Sequence record: PP712906.1
Reading direction: 5' to 3' (one strand)
Length of the DNA stretch: 64,000 nucleotides
Position numbers and translations under genes: made by a program. The number at the start of each line of letters is the position of its first letter. Position 1 is the first letter of the stretch. A model generated the notes under the pieces. The model did not search any database and was not told the DNA's origin. It saw nothing but the letters and a program-made list of their open reading frames with translations. This document shows, piece after piece, positions 47,389 to 55,870 of the stretch.

Positions 47389-48084
47389 ATGAAAAAGCTC
47401 GTACTTGTAGCTGCCGCTGCTGTAGCTCTTGTTGGATGTGGTGATTTGCCACGCCTGGAAACTAAGACAGACAAGAAATTCACCACGGTTAATGCAGTTG
47501 TGAACAAAAAAGAGCGTGAAATGATTAACTACTGGATGGCAGATGCTGACGGTAGTAACTATCTTTACAACAAGCTTTGGACTGCTCTTGCTACTCGTAA
47601 CAAATACGGTTCTAATGCTGTGCGTCGTTCAGATGATGAAGTTCCGTTCTGTGATGTCATTGTAGCTCTTGCTAAATCTGAAGAAGATATTCGAAGCACG
47701 TACGAGCGTACATTTAATAATCAGTGGCGAACTCAATACGGCATTAGTCTTAATCAGCAATGTGGCTATACTCCACCAGAAACACTCGAAGAGCAAGCAG
47801 AGCGCGTTGAGAAACTTGAAATGCAAGCTGATTTGAAAAAGCGTGAGCAACAAGCACAGAGTATTGAAACGCTTGATGACGTTGCCGACGCGACGACTGA
47901 GCTACTTGATCCGCATGAGTACGACTATCTGATCGAATCGGCACGCGAGTGTAATCGAGCCAAAACCAAATTGCTTGAACTAACGCAAGCAGGCAAACCT
48001 TTGACACAAGCTGACGGCTCAGATGCACGTAAGCTAATTATCGAATGCAAAATGCATAAACTTGAAGTTGAATTGAATAAGTGA
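47389..48084 (+). CDS. lipoprotein, paralog of 59929-60648
   Basis: Lipobox LVGC; shared VPFCDVI, QW..QYGI.L..QC, CNRAK and KLEVELNK. Confidence 0.8.
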   Translation: MKKLVLVAAAAVALVGCGDLPRLETKTDKKFTTVNAVVNKKEREMINYWMADADGSNYLYNKLWTALATRNKYGSNAVRRSDDEVPFCDVIVALAKSEEDIRSTYERTFNNQWRTQYGISLNQQCGYTPPETLEEQAERVEKLEMQADLKKREQQAQSIETLDDVADATTELLDPHEYDYLIESARECNRAKTKLLELTQAGKPLTQADGSDARKLIIECKMHKLEVELNK

Positions 48085-48091
48085 GAAAAAC

Positions 48092-48874
48092 ATGTTGAGA
48101 ACAAATATTGCGATTGAAGAACTGAAAATCCGAATGCATCCGTTCGATCAAGTTGCGAACGCAAACAACGACGATAGCTCAGTTCGCGACTGGCGCCAAA
48201 TCCCTGACGTTGCTAATGACAATATCTTGAAGAACTCGGTTCTACCGTCGTGGGTAATTCGAGAGTTTCACTGGCGTGATATTTCATTCAATCAACCATC
48301 AATGGGTGATCTGCCCGTTGAGTACAAAACAGAAGCAGGTGAAATCGGTAAATGTCAATCGCATTATCTCGGTGAACTTGATGATTGCAAGTTCTGGCGC
48401 CCTGATATTGTATCTTTGAATGCTCAATTCATTGATTCAAAAGACGTTGATAAAGCACTTGCAGAATTGCAAGCCGTTGATGTGTTTGACGCTTCACAAG
48501 GATTCGCTGACGGTCGACCTGACCCGGTTAGTCACAATGAACACGGTATAACCGATGATGAGCTTGAAGCTGCAATCGTCGAAGCTGAAATGGCAGCGGC
48601 TGTGGATGCTTTAAAAGTTGAGTCGCAATCGTTGTTCGATCCAGATCATGTTTATTACATGAATGAAAAGTATTATATTATCGGTGACGATCCGTTTGAC
48701 GAAAATTACTGCTATGCGTTGAATGCTGCAAAATACCCACAGCGTATTGCAAAATCCCAACTCGTAACCGATGAGCAATACAAAGAAGCTGAAGTTTTGA
48801 AGAATCAGTTCCCGCAGATGTGGACTGCTCAAGATTACGCAAAGCTTGCTAAGTTCATTCGCAGCAAAAAGTAG
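48092..48874 (+). CDS. acidic hypothetical protein
   Basis: 260-aa ORF. Confidence 0.75.
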   Translation: MLRTNIAIEELKIRMHPFDQVANANNDDSSVRDWRQIPDVANDNILKNSVLPSWVIREFHWRDISFNQPSMGDLPVEYKTEAGEIGKCQSHYLGELDDCKFWRPDIVSLNAQFIDSKDVDKALAELQAVDVFDASQGFADGRPDPVSHNEHGITDDELEAAIVEAEMAAAVDALKVESQSLFDPDHVYYMNEKYYIIGDDPFDENYCYALNAAKYPQRIAKSQLVTDEQYKEAEVLKNQFPQMWTAQDYAKLAKFIRSKK

Positions 48875-48880
48875 TTTCCG

Positions 48881-48911
48881 ATGCGGGTTGTTACGACATC
48901 CCGCATAAATA
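48881..48911 (+). promoter_or_regulatory. hairpin abutting a late-promoter-like CATAAATA
   Basis: ATGCGGG-T-TGT-TACG-ACA-T-CCCGCAT; CATAAATA at 48904-48911 is one mismatch from TATAAATA. Confidence 0.55.
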
Positions 48912-48943
48912 GTTCTATATGGACTAACAAGGAAATTACGACA

Positions 48944-49474
48944 ATGCCAACTCCTACAACAGGTGCGATTTCAATCGGTACCGTTCGTGATTATTTCAGT
49001 AGAACCGGCGCTGCTTCATTGTCTCAGTACTACAGAGGCGGCGGTATTGTTCCTGATATTACTGAAAATGCTCACGTACCAACTTCAGGCGCGATTAGCT
49101 TGAATGACTTGCGCGGTGTATATCGCTTGTCAACGTATACGACATCATTTACGACAACATACAACACCACTGTATCAACATCGAATACGACTTCGCGTAG
49201 TACATCAAGAAGTACAACTAGAAGTACTGCATACAGTACAACTCGCTCGACTGCGTATACTACTAGTTGGACAACTAGCCGAACTACGTCGGTGACTAAA
49301 GGTTCGTATTCGACATCATACACGACTTCTCGTGCTACATCACGTTCAACATCATATAGCACGACACGTTCAACAGCTTATACGTCTACGTGGACAACAT
49401 CATGGACAACCACGTACAACACAACAGTATCAACATCAAACACAACTTCGCGAAGCACGCAAGTTGCAGTTTAA
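48944..49474 (+). CDS. Thr/Ser-rich fibre/adhesin-like protein with tetrapeptide repeats
   Basis: AAGGA RBS and ATG at 48944. N-domain with two GAIS motifs, then 13 + 13 [YWFRVN]-[STN]-T-[STA] repeats around VTKGS. Confidence 0.85.
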   Translation: MPTPTTGAISIGTVRDYFSRTGAASLSQYYRGGGIVPDITENAHVPTSGAISLNDLRGVYRLSTYTTSFTTTYNTTVSTSNTTSRSTSRSTTRSTAYSTTRSTAYTTSWTTSRTTSVTKGSYSTSYTTSRATSRSTSYSTTRSTAYTSTWTTSWTTTYNTTVSTSNTTSRSTQVAV

Positions 49475-49486
49475 CAGGGTTAAATT

Positions 49487-49705
49487 ATGAGCTACAATGA
49501 AGAACACGAGAACCGAATCAACGAGCTTGAGAACAAGGTTTCAAAGCTTGAGTCGATAATTGAAAATCTGGTCGAGTCAATGACTTCGAACAGCGAAGCT
49601 ATTATCGAACATATTGCATCACTTGAGACCGAGAGGGATTCGATTCTTGCATCATATGATGACAAACTTAATGAGATCGTGACCAAATATGAACCCAAGC
49701 AATAG
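49487..49705 (+). CDS. small coiled-coil protein
   Basis: Heptad pattern INELENKVSKLESIIENL. Confidence 0.75.
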   Translation: MSYNEEHENRINELENKVSKLESIIENLVESMTSNSEAIIEHIASLETERDSILASYDDKLNEIVTKYEPKQ

Positions 49706-50543
49706 AGAAATGACTGGGTTCAATAACATTTCTCGCACCGGTAAGTTGAAATTACAATCCGATGCAGACAACGTCCGTGCCATGTGTATGGACGTTGTTC
49801 GTTTATTGAACTCTAAAAATATACCATCTAACTTCGACATCAATCACAATGACGGTGGTAACATCGGCGTGCATGAATGGGTGTCACAAATCCGCTTCAT
49901 TCACTTGAAATACATGAACGTTAATTTCCAAACGAAGATTTTCAAGCATGCCTATCATAACACTGAAAACGTCGTTGACTATTTTGACACGTTCAAACAT
50001 TCTGACAAATATCATCTATCAGCGAAGCCTAGATTTTTAGAATATGAAAACGTCGTATTTCTATGTGGATCGAATGTACTTGAATTGGCAATTGACTTTG
50101 ACAAGATTGATACGCTGGTCGAACATTATCCCGATTTAGTGATCAAACCACACCCGATTACGACGCTGTATTACATCAATATGCTTAAAACTCGATATGG
50201 ATCGAAGCGCGTGCTTTCTCAGAAGATCAGCGGTGTTGATGTTCTTAAATCTGCTAAACGTGTTTGGCTACCTTCAACGTCTGAGTTCTGGTTTAGTGCC
50301 TTGAACTACGACAAAGAAATCGGGTTTATCTCTAAAGATGGTTTCTGTGGAACGTACACGTCAATCATCAACGCAGTATGGGAATTGCATGAAGAAACCG
50401 GTGATCCATTGAAAGATATTGTGAATAAAATTATCTCGTCACCTTACTCAGGTCTGTATGGTAGTATGGCAGACTTTGAAGAGCATCACGAGAAATACTG
50501 TAATGTGATTCTAGAACTAGGGGGTAATTTCGATAATGTATGA
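49689..50543 (+). CDS. KpsC/KpsS-like (GT-B) polysaccharide transferase
   Basis: LVIKPHP motif, then LKSAKRVWLPSTSEFWFSALNYDK, the typical layout of beta-Kdo/capsule-modification transferases. Confidence 0.6.
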   Translation: MNPSNREMTGFNNISRTGKLKLQSDADNVRAMCMDVVRLLNSKNIPSNFDINHNDGGNIGVHEWVSQIRFIHLKYMNVNFQTKIFKHAYHNTENVVDYFDTFKHSDKYHLSAKPRFLEYENVVFLCGSNVLELAIDFDKIDTLVEHYPDLVIKPHPITTLYYINMLKTRYGSKRVLSQKISGVDVLKSAKRVWLPSTSEFWFSALNYDKEIGFISKDGFCGTYTSIINAVWELHEETGDPLKDIVNKIISSPYSGLYGSMADFEEHHEKYCNVILELGGNFDNV

Positions 50544-51168
50544 TTATGTAATTCACACTTCGATTAGTGACAAAAGTCAGCTAAACCAACTAGTGATGTT
50601 TGTCGGGTCTTTCATCGAGACGCACAAAAAAGGTCGCGTGGTCTGCGTGACTGATCTTGAACTTGATTTCACGATGCCTCGACTGTCATTTGAGAAAAAA
50701 CTACCCGAAGAGTACGTTTTCATTTCAGTTGACAATCTATTTTTACAAAAAACATACGGCGTTGTTAGCTACATTGACAGTGGTACTTGGCGATGTACTT
50801 GGCAAAAGAATGATCATGATGATTTCGTCATTAAAAAGCATGGCGAAAGAAGCGGGTTGATTCACCCTGATATTGCAATTGCAAATTACAATGTTTCGAG
50901 ACATGGCGATCTCGACATGTATTACAACGCGCTTCGTTACATTGAGAGCGCAATCACGATCAACTGCAAAGACTTTGCCCCTGCTGCTGAGAATAAAATC
51001 AACAGCTTTTACACGCTTGTATTTCCATGGGAGATTTATTTTCACGTTATGATCACTTACCAAGAGTATATTGATTCTGAATACGTTGAGCGAGTTCGCG
51101 CTAACTGTCATAAGTTCGCACACTCGGTTTATTACAGAAAATCAGGGTTGTTACGTGATGGGTTATGA
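50536..51168 (+). CDS. divergent GT-A-like (nucleotide-sugar transferase) protein
   Basis: QLVMFVGSF..., VCVTD, FISVDNLFL resemble the GT8-type layout; weak. Confidence 0.35.
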   Translation: MYDYVIHTSISDKSQLNQLVMFVGSFIETHKKGRVVCVTDLELDFTMPRLSFEKKLPEEYVFISVDNLFLQKTYGVVSYIDSGTWRCTWQKNDHDDFVIKKHGERSGLIHPDIAIANYNVSRHGDLDMYYNALRYIESAITINCKDFAPAAENKINSFYTLVFPWEIYFHVMITYQEYIDSEYVERVRANCHKFAHSVYYRKSGLLRDGL

Positions 51169-51841
51169 TGAGATAATTTTAGTATCTGGTCTTGATAGTT
51201 TAGTTCTATATGAATTTCTTGAACGAAAGCCACACCCTGTTTACTTTAAATGGGGTTTTGCTATCGACGACATTGAAATGGCTGCTTTGCCTGAAGAAAC
51301 AACTATCATAGAAATGCCAGAGATTTTGCATTTGAAACATGATCCGTATGAGTTCAAGACACCAAGAAATCCCGATTTAATTGGTCGGAATACGTTGATG
51401 TTTAACTCAGTTTTCCATGCATTCAGACCAAACGTAATTTATCGCGGGATGTTGAAAGGTGATGATTTCTATTACGACGCATCGCCTACGCATTCAGATG
51501 AAATCGCAGCTATGTGGTCGAAAATGCTGAATAAAGAGTGTCGAATTGAACAACCGTTTAAAGACAAAACGAAACGTGACATAATGCAAATGGCGGTCGA
51601 ATACGGTATTGATGCGAATTCATTACAGCATTGTTACAATCGAGAACACAACTGCGGTCGATGTAGCAAGTGTGTGGATGCACATGTTAATTCTATGTAC
51701 ACCGACAACCCAGACATCATGTGGCTGAAACGAATAGTTAATGACTCGGGTATGGCATCATTGGCTAATCACATGTTTGGTGTTGATACAGTTGACAGAA
51801 TAAAGGAATTTCTAGATGAATTTGATCGAACAGACTGCTGA
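51158..51841 (+). CDS. QueC-like PP-loop ATP pyrophosphatase with Zn site
   Basis: ILVSGLDS, GRNTLM, YYDAS, PFKDKTK.DI and HCY...CGRCSKC. Confidence 0.8.
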   Translation: MGYDEIILVSGLDSLVLYEFLERKPHPVYFKWGFAIDDIEMAALPEETTIIEMPEILHLKHDPYEFKTPRNPDLIGRNTLMFNSVFHAFRPNVIYRGMLKGDDFYYDASPTHSDEIAAMWSKMLNKECRIEQPFKDKTKRDIMQMAVEYGIDANSLQHCYNREHNCGRCSKCVDAHVNSMYTDNPDIMWLKRIVNDSGMASLANHMFGVDTVDRIKEFLDEFDRTDC

Positions 51842-52709
51842 TAAATTCGAGCATAGTTACCGAGAAGACGTTCAAGGCGTACAGTGGTATTTCGGTAGTC
51901 GAACGCATGATTTTTATCTGTATGGAATAGACTCTCTTATTGATAAAGTCAAAGACTGTGATTTTATTGAAATCAAGCATGTTCAAGAGGGTACGCTGGT
52001 TAAACGAGGCGAAGCTGCGGTCACGGTTACGATTACAGATCATAGTCGTATCGCATATGGGAACATGATTGAAACATTGTTGTACAATGAGTTGTGGTAT
52101 TCGAGCACGGTCGGTACGATTTTACACCGTTGTCTTGATGTGTTGCATGAAAACGGCTATGACGCTCGTTCAGCATACCCTCAAATCGGACGGGCGAGTT
52201 CAACGCCAGAACAGTCAGCTAAAGCAAGGGATGTGTTCGCACGTATATTTTATCAATCGTCGAATGAGAAAATACCCGTTGCGATGCACAGTGATATTTT
52301 AATCAACGGTGAGGAATATTGCATGGAACATTATAACGGCATCATGATTGATACTTTCGATAAGCAAGCTTGCATTGACTTGATCAACAAGAAAGACTTT
52401 CGAGGGACTGTGATGGTTGACTCTCAGCCAATAATTGAAACAATTGAGAGAGTTCTAGCTGAAACAAAATGCTTTGTTGCACAAGCTGAAAGTGTTACAC
52501 TCGATGAGTGGATAGAGATAGTGCGACATTTTAAAGGCAATAAGCGAATTTTCTACGGGATTGGTAGCTTTGCATTTAGCAATATATCACGAGACACATT
52601 TGGTTTGATTTACAAAGTGTGTGCAGTTAAGAAAAACGACAACTGGATCGGAGTTTCAAAGATGACGACAGGTAAACAAACATCGGCTGGTTATAAGGTT
52701 ATAGGTTAG
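51816..52709 (+). CDS. divergent, shortened Nampt/NAPRT-family phosphoribosyltransferase
   Basis: Aligns by eye to nadV in this window: HVQEGT vs AVKEGT, IETLL..LWYSSTVGT vs LETFI..LWYPTTVAT, MHS vs EHS, IDTFD vs MDSYD, RDT..K vs RDT..K. Confidence 0.8.
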   Translation: MNLIEQTADKFEHSYREDVQGVQWYFGSRTHDFYLYGIDSLIDKVKDCDFIEIKHVQEGTLVKRGEAAVTVTITDHSRIAYGNMIETLLYNELWYSSTVGTILHRCLDVLHENGYDARSAYPQIGRASSTPEQSAKARDVFARIFYQSSNEKIPVAMHSDILINGEEYCMEHYNGIMIDTFDKQACIDLINKKDFRGTVMVDSQPIIETIERVLAETKCFVAQAESVTLDEWIEIVRHFKGNKRIFYGIGSFAFSNISRDTFGLIYKVCAVKKNDNWIGVSKMTTGKQTSAGYKVIG

Positions 52710-52711
52710 TT

Positions 52712-53701
52712 ATGAATTATTGTATAGCGCCGTTTACATCGCCGTCTATTACACCAGACGGTTTTAAAATTTGCAGCATGCCAGGTCAGAAAGTATACCC
52801 TGATATTTCATTCTGGAATAGTGATGAAGTGATCAAGATTCGCGAACAGATTATCGCTGGTGAAATTCCTGAATCGTGCAAGGCATGTCGTAGTATGCGT
52901 GACGGGTTGATTGTGTCAAAAGAAAAACCAACTGATACTCATGTTGACTTGAATTTCAAAGCTCTTTACATTGCGCGGTCGAACAAGTGTGAATATGCTT
53001 GTGAAATGTGCAGTTCATCAATCTCACATAGCTATGACAAGAAATACAATGACGGTAAGTTGGGGATTATTGAGAATGACTTTGATGTTATTCCGTATCT
53101 GCACGAAACACAAGCCGTTGCTATTTCGGGCGGGAACCCTGTCATTGACAAAAAGGTTGCAGAGATTCTTGAGAATCTAGACCCTGACGTGGTAGAACGT
53201 TTCATTATTACTTCAAATGGGACAGTCTTTCCAGACAGATTCTTGAATGCAATTAAGAGATTGAAATGTGACGCGACTTTGATATTCTCTATGGACGGAC
53301 CGAAAGAGTTTAATGAAGTGGTTCGATCTGGTGCGAAGCAAGAGAGAATCTATCGCACCATTAATCGAGTTCTTGACGAGATTGAAGATTACCCAAACTT
53401 GCATGTGGCAATTGAGTATACTTTCACGAATAAGTCAATTCATCACTACGTTGATTTGTATGATGAAATGCTCTTCGAGATCAACCCGAAGCATTTGAAA
53501 AACAACTCAGTTAAAGTGATTGCGAATATGTGTACATACCCGCATCACCTTAGCGTTACAACTGTTCCCAAAACCGTCATTGATGACATATTGTTCAATC
53601 AGTTGCCGTATTTGAGACAGCAACCCAGCCCATTGTCAAATCAATTCAAACTTGGCTATGATAAGTTTTTGACTCAGTATCACAACAGCGTGATTATGTG
53701 A
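52712..53701 (+). CDS. radical SAM enzyme with N-terminal SPASM/twitch-like domain
   Basis: C..PF...C...WNS..IRE..G..P.SCKAC; SNKCEYACEMC; SGGNP; TSNGT; SMDG. Confidence 0.9.
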   Translation: MNYCIAPFTSPSITPDGFKICSMPGQKVYPDISFWNSDEVIKIREQIIAGEIPESCKACRSMRDGLIVSKEKPTDTHVDLNFKALYIARSNKCEYACEMCSSSISHSYDKKYNDGKLGIIENDFDVIPYLHETQAVAISGGNPVIDKKVAEILENLDPDVVERFIITSNGTVFPDRFLNAIKRLKCDATLIFSMDGPKEFNEVVRSGAKQERIYRTINRVLDEIEDYPNLHVAIEYTFTNKSIHHYVDLYDEMLFEINPKHLKNNSVKVIANMCTYPHHLSVTTVPKTVIDDILFNQLPYLRQQPSPLSNQFKLGYDKFLTQYHNSVIM

Positions 53702-54818
53702 TCAGATCATACGCTTTGATATGTGAGTAAAACTCTGGACACGCAGACGATAAATTAGTTTTCGTCTTCGTGTCTATTCTTTTGTTAAGAACAAAGAATT
53801 CAGGGTTGAATTTACAAACACTGTGTTCCAGAGTAAGACATTCAGCAACGTGTTTAAATGGTCTAGCCAAATCCTCACGCCCATCTTTTAAATACGCTTC
53901 TTCTTTCACTTTGAATCTTGATAATAGCTGGTCTCGAAATGCAACTGGAATGTTGTAAATTGAGTATGGATTATCAGGCTCACCGACGACATGCACAGAC
54001 AAACGTACACGTTTACCATCATAAAGCGAATCAAAATCTGAAACCAATGTTTCAAGATGTTCAAGAGTCACGTTTGACACGGTCGCAGTGATAACTACAT
54101 CAAAGTGTTGCTTGATGACTTCAATGTTTGATTTGACTTTTTTGATGTCTGCAAACAATCGAATATAATCTTGGTATTCTCGTAGACCGTCGATTGATAC
54201 GAACACCGTTGATGCATTAGCTTCTTTAAGCGATTTGATGAGATCTGAGCCATCGGCTAACACTAGTGATGAGCCATTCGTGAAAATATTCACTGCGGCT
54301 TTAATGTCGCCTACGTTGCGAAGAACTTCAGGAGCATTTGACGAGCGGGTAATTTCACCGCCTAGAATTGTCAATGACGAAAGTCCTTTGCTGATTGTGT
54401 TGATTGTCGTACTCAAATCATTGAATCGAGTACTTGAATCTTCTTCATTGAACAATCTAGCCTTCAAGTCTGATAATTTGCTGTAGCAGTAACGACAAGC
54501 TTGATTACATTCATTACTAGGGAATACTTGTAGCCAGCGAACTGAATCAGCGGGCATAATAGGTGAAACTTCAGAATCGTGTTCTGTTAGACGCTGTGGG
54601 TCATTATCAGTAATGCACATTTGACATGCCTTTGACAGCTTGCTCATGTCGTGGTTTAGCATTGCTTCACGATAAGCGACAAGCTTTTCATCATTCCAAG
54701 CGTCTGCTAGTGTTTTTTCATCAGTAAACCATTCATAATCAGCCGAACAGCAAAACGTAATTTGATTGTTTGCTCGTGTGATGAACTGCTTGAACGGCAT
54801 ATAACATAGTGGTTTCAT
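53694..54818 (-). CDS. radical SAM enzyme with N-terminal SPASM/twitch-like domain
   Basis: C.MPF...FCC...AWND..REAM..CQMC; SNECNQACRYC; LGGEI; FTNGS; SIDG. Confidence 0.9.
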   Translation of the reverse strand: MKPLCYMPFKQFITRANNQITFCCSADYEWFTDEKTLADAWNDEKLVAYREAMLNHDMSKLSKACQMCITDNDPQRLTEHDSEVSPIMPADSVRWLQVFPSNECNQACRYCYSKLSDLKARLFNEEDSSTRFNDLSTTINTISKGLSSLTILGGEITRSSNAPEVLRNVGDIKAAVNIFTNGSSLVLADGSDLIKSLKEANASTVFVSIDGLREYQDYIRLFADIKKVKSNIEVIKQHFDVVITATVSNVTLEHLETLVSDFDSLYDGKRVRLSVHVVGEPDNPYSIYNIPVAFRDQLLSRFKVKEEAYLKDGREDLARPFKHVAECLTLEHSVCKFNPEFFVLNKRIDTKTKTNLSSACPEFYSHIKAYDLIT

Positions 54819-54828
54819 GTTTCTGTCC

Positions 54829-55401
54829 TTAGTTAAAAATGCTACTTGTATATATAGCAGTCTTCAGGGCATTGAAATGATCGTCAACTCTATTCACGTG
54901 TATGCATTCAATGTCAAATCTTTCTTGGATTTCTCGGATGTTGTCTAGTGAGTCGTCGATGAAGTATTTCACCTCATGCAGTTCACACAGCTTCTCGACA
55001 TACTTTGCCTTCGAGTCGAAGTACTCAATCGAAATCACCTCACTTATCATCCCTGGGAATAACGCATTTAGATTATACACGCGATTTGACCATGAAGTTC
55101 TACTCATGCTGAACTTGGTTAGTGCAATGATGTTATATCGGTCTGAGAGTTCGCGTAACGCATCGTAAGCGTCTTCATATGCGGGTATGTACTTTGCACA
55201 CTCATGTTCATTGTATGCGCCTATAAGCTTTCCTAGTTGCATGTCACTCACGTTAATAAATAAAGAGCGTGCATCGGTATCAGTATTTGAACCGTTGATA
55301 TTCAAATTATCAAGCATGCCTAATTGCATCATGAAGAATGGCAAGTTGGCTTTCCAGTTAAGCAAAACCCCGTCTACATCTATGATGATCGTCTTTTTCA
55401 T
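54829..55401 (-). CDS. HAD hydrolase, T4 gp30.2-like
   Basis: IIIDVDGVLLNW...LPFF; NR.YNLNALFPG; FIDD. Confidence 0.8.
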   Translation of the reverse strand: MKKTIIIDVDGVLLNWKANLPFFMMQLGMLDNLNINGSNTDTDARSLFINVSDMQLGKLIGAYNEHECAKYIPAYEDAYDALRELSDRYNIIALTKFSMSRTSWSNRVYNLNALFPGMISEVISIEYFDSKAKYVEKLCELHEVKYFIDDSLDNIREIQERFDIECIHVNRVDDHFNALKTAIYTSSIFN

Positions 55402-55442
55402 TACTACCTCGAAAAAAATTAAAATTTTTCGAAAAAAAGTAT

Positions 55443-55470
55443 TGACACTTAGTTTCGTTCATGTAATACT
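55443..55470 (+). promoter_or_regulatory. early promoter
   Basis: TTGACA followed by TAATACT, preceded by A-tracts (UP-like). Confidence 0.65.
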
Positions 55471-55534
55471 TATCTCAACTTAACGAAACAAGTTAAACAA
55501 ACAAGACAACATTTAATCAAAAAAGGAAATACAC

Positions 55535-55771
55535 ATGAAAAACTTCAAATCAATCGCAACTGCACTTCTTCTAACTATGACTTTCTCTGCTGGTGCTTTC
55601 GCACACGGCTCAGGCGGTACGCTAGGTGGTAACCTTGGCATCGAAATGTGCAAAATCGGAGCAATCAACTGCGGCTTCCCTAAACAAGAAGTTAAAGTTG
55701 AAAAAGAAGCACCAAAAGCTGAAAAGGCTGAGGTGAAAGAAGTTAAGCTGGCAACTGATCTGACAGCTTAA
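55535..55771 (+). CDS. small exported protein
   Basis: Signal peptide ending AFA; mature HGSGG...CKIGAINC; own promoter and terminator. Confidence 0.8.
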   Translation: MKNFKSIATALLLTMTFSAGAFAHGSGGTLGGNLGIEMCKIGAINCGFPKQEVKVEKEAPKAEKAEVKEVKLATDLTA

Positions 55772-55775
55772 TTGA

Positions 55776-55801
55776 AATGTGCAGATTCGTCTGCACATTT
55801 T
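55776..55801 (+). terminator. intrinsic terminator
   Basis: AAATGTGCAGA-TTCG-TCTGCACATTT-T. Confidence 0.9.
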
Positions 55802-55870
55802 GTTTAATAACGACTCACCAAGACATATACTAAAGTCTCACACAATCAAGCATAAAATGGGAGCCATACA

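Noticed and set aside
595-48832. Numerous 60-135 aa minus-strand ORFs opposite plus-strand genes
   Set aside because: They are antisense shadows of well-supported genes, with no RBS or recognisable motifs.
49072-49362. Minus-strand Val/Asp/Arg repeat ORF (96 aa) and plus-strand 49104-49295
   Set aside because: These are shadow frames of the Thr/Ser repeat gene, with no RBS.
48944-49474. Diversity-generating retroelement or antifreeze protein
   Set aside because: The repeated 18-aa block differs at synonymous positions rather than only at adenines, and no reverse transcriptase is present. Ice binding cannot be excluded, but nothing supports it beyond Thr periodicity.
51158-53701. Canonical queC-queE 7-deazaguanine DNA modification locus
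   Set aside because: The radical SAMs have SPASM-type architecture rather than QueE, and folE, queD and dpdA are not in the window. It remains a fallback if those genes lie elsewhere.
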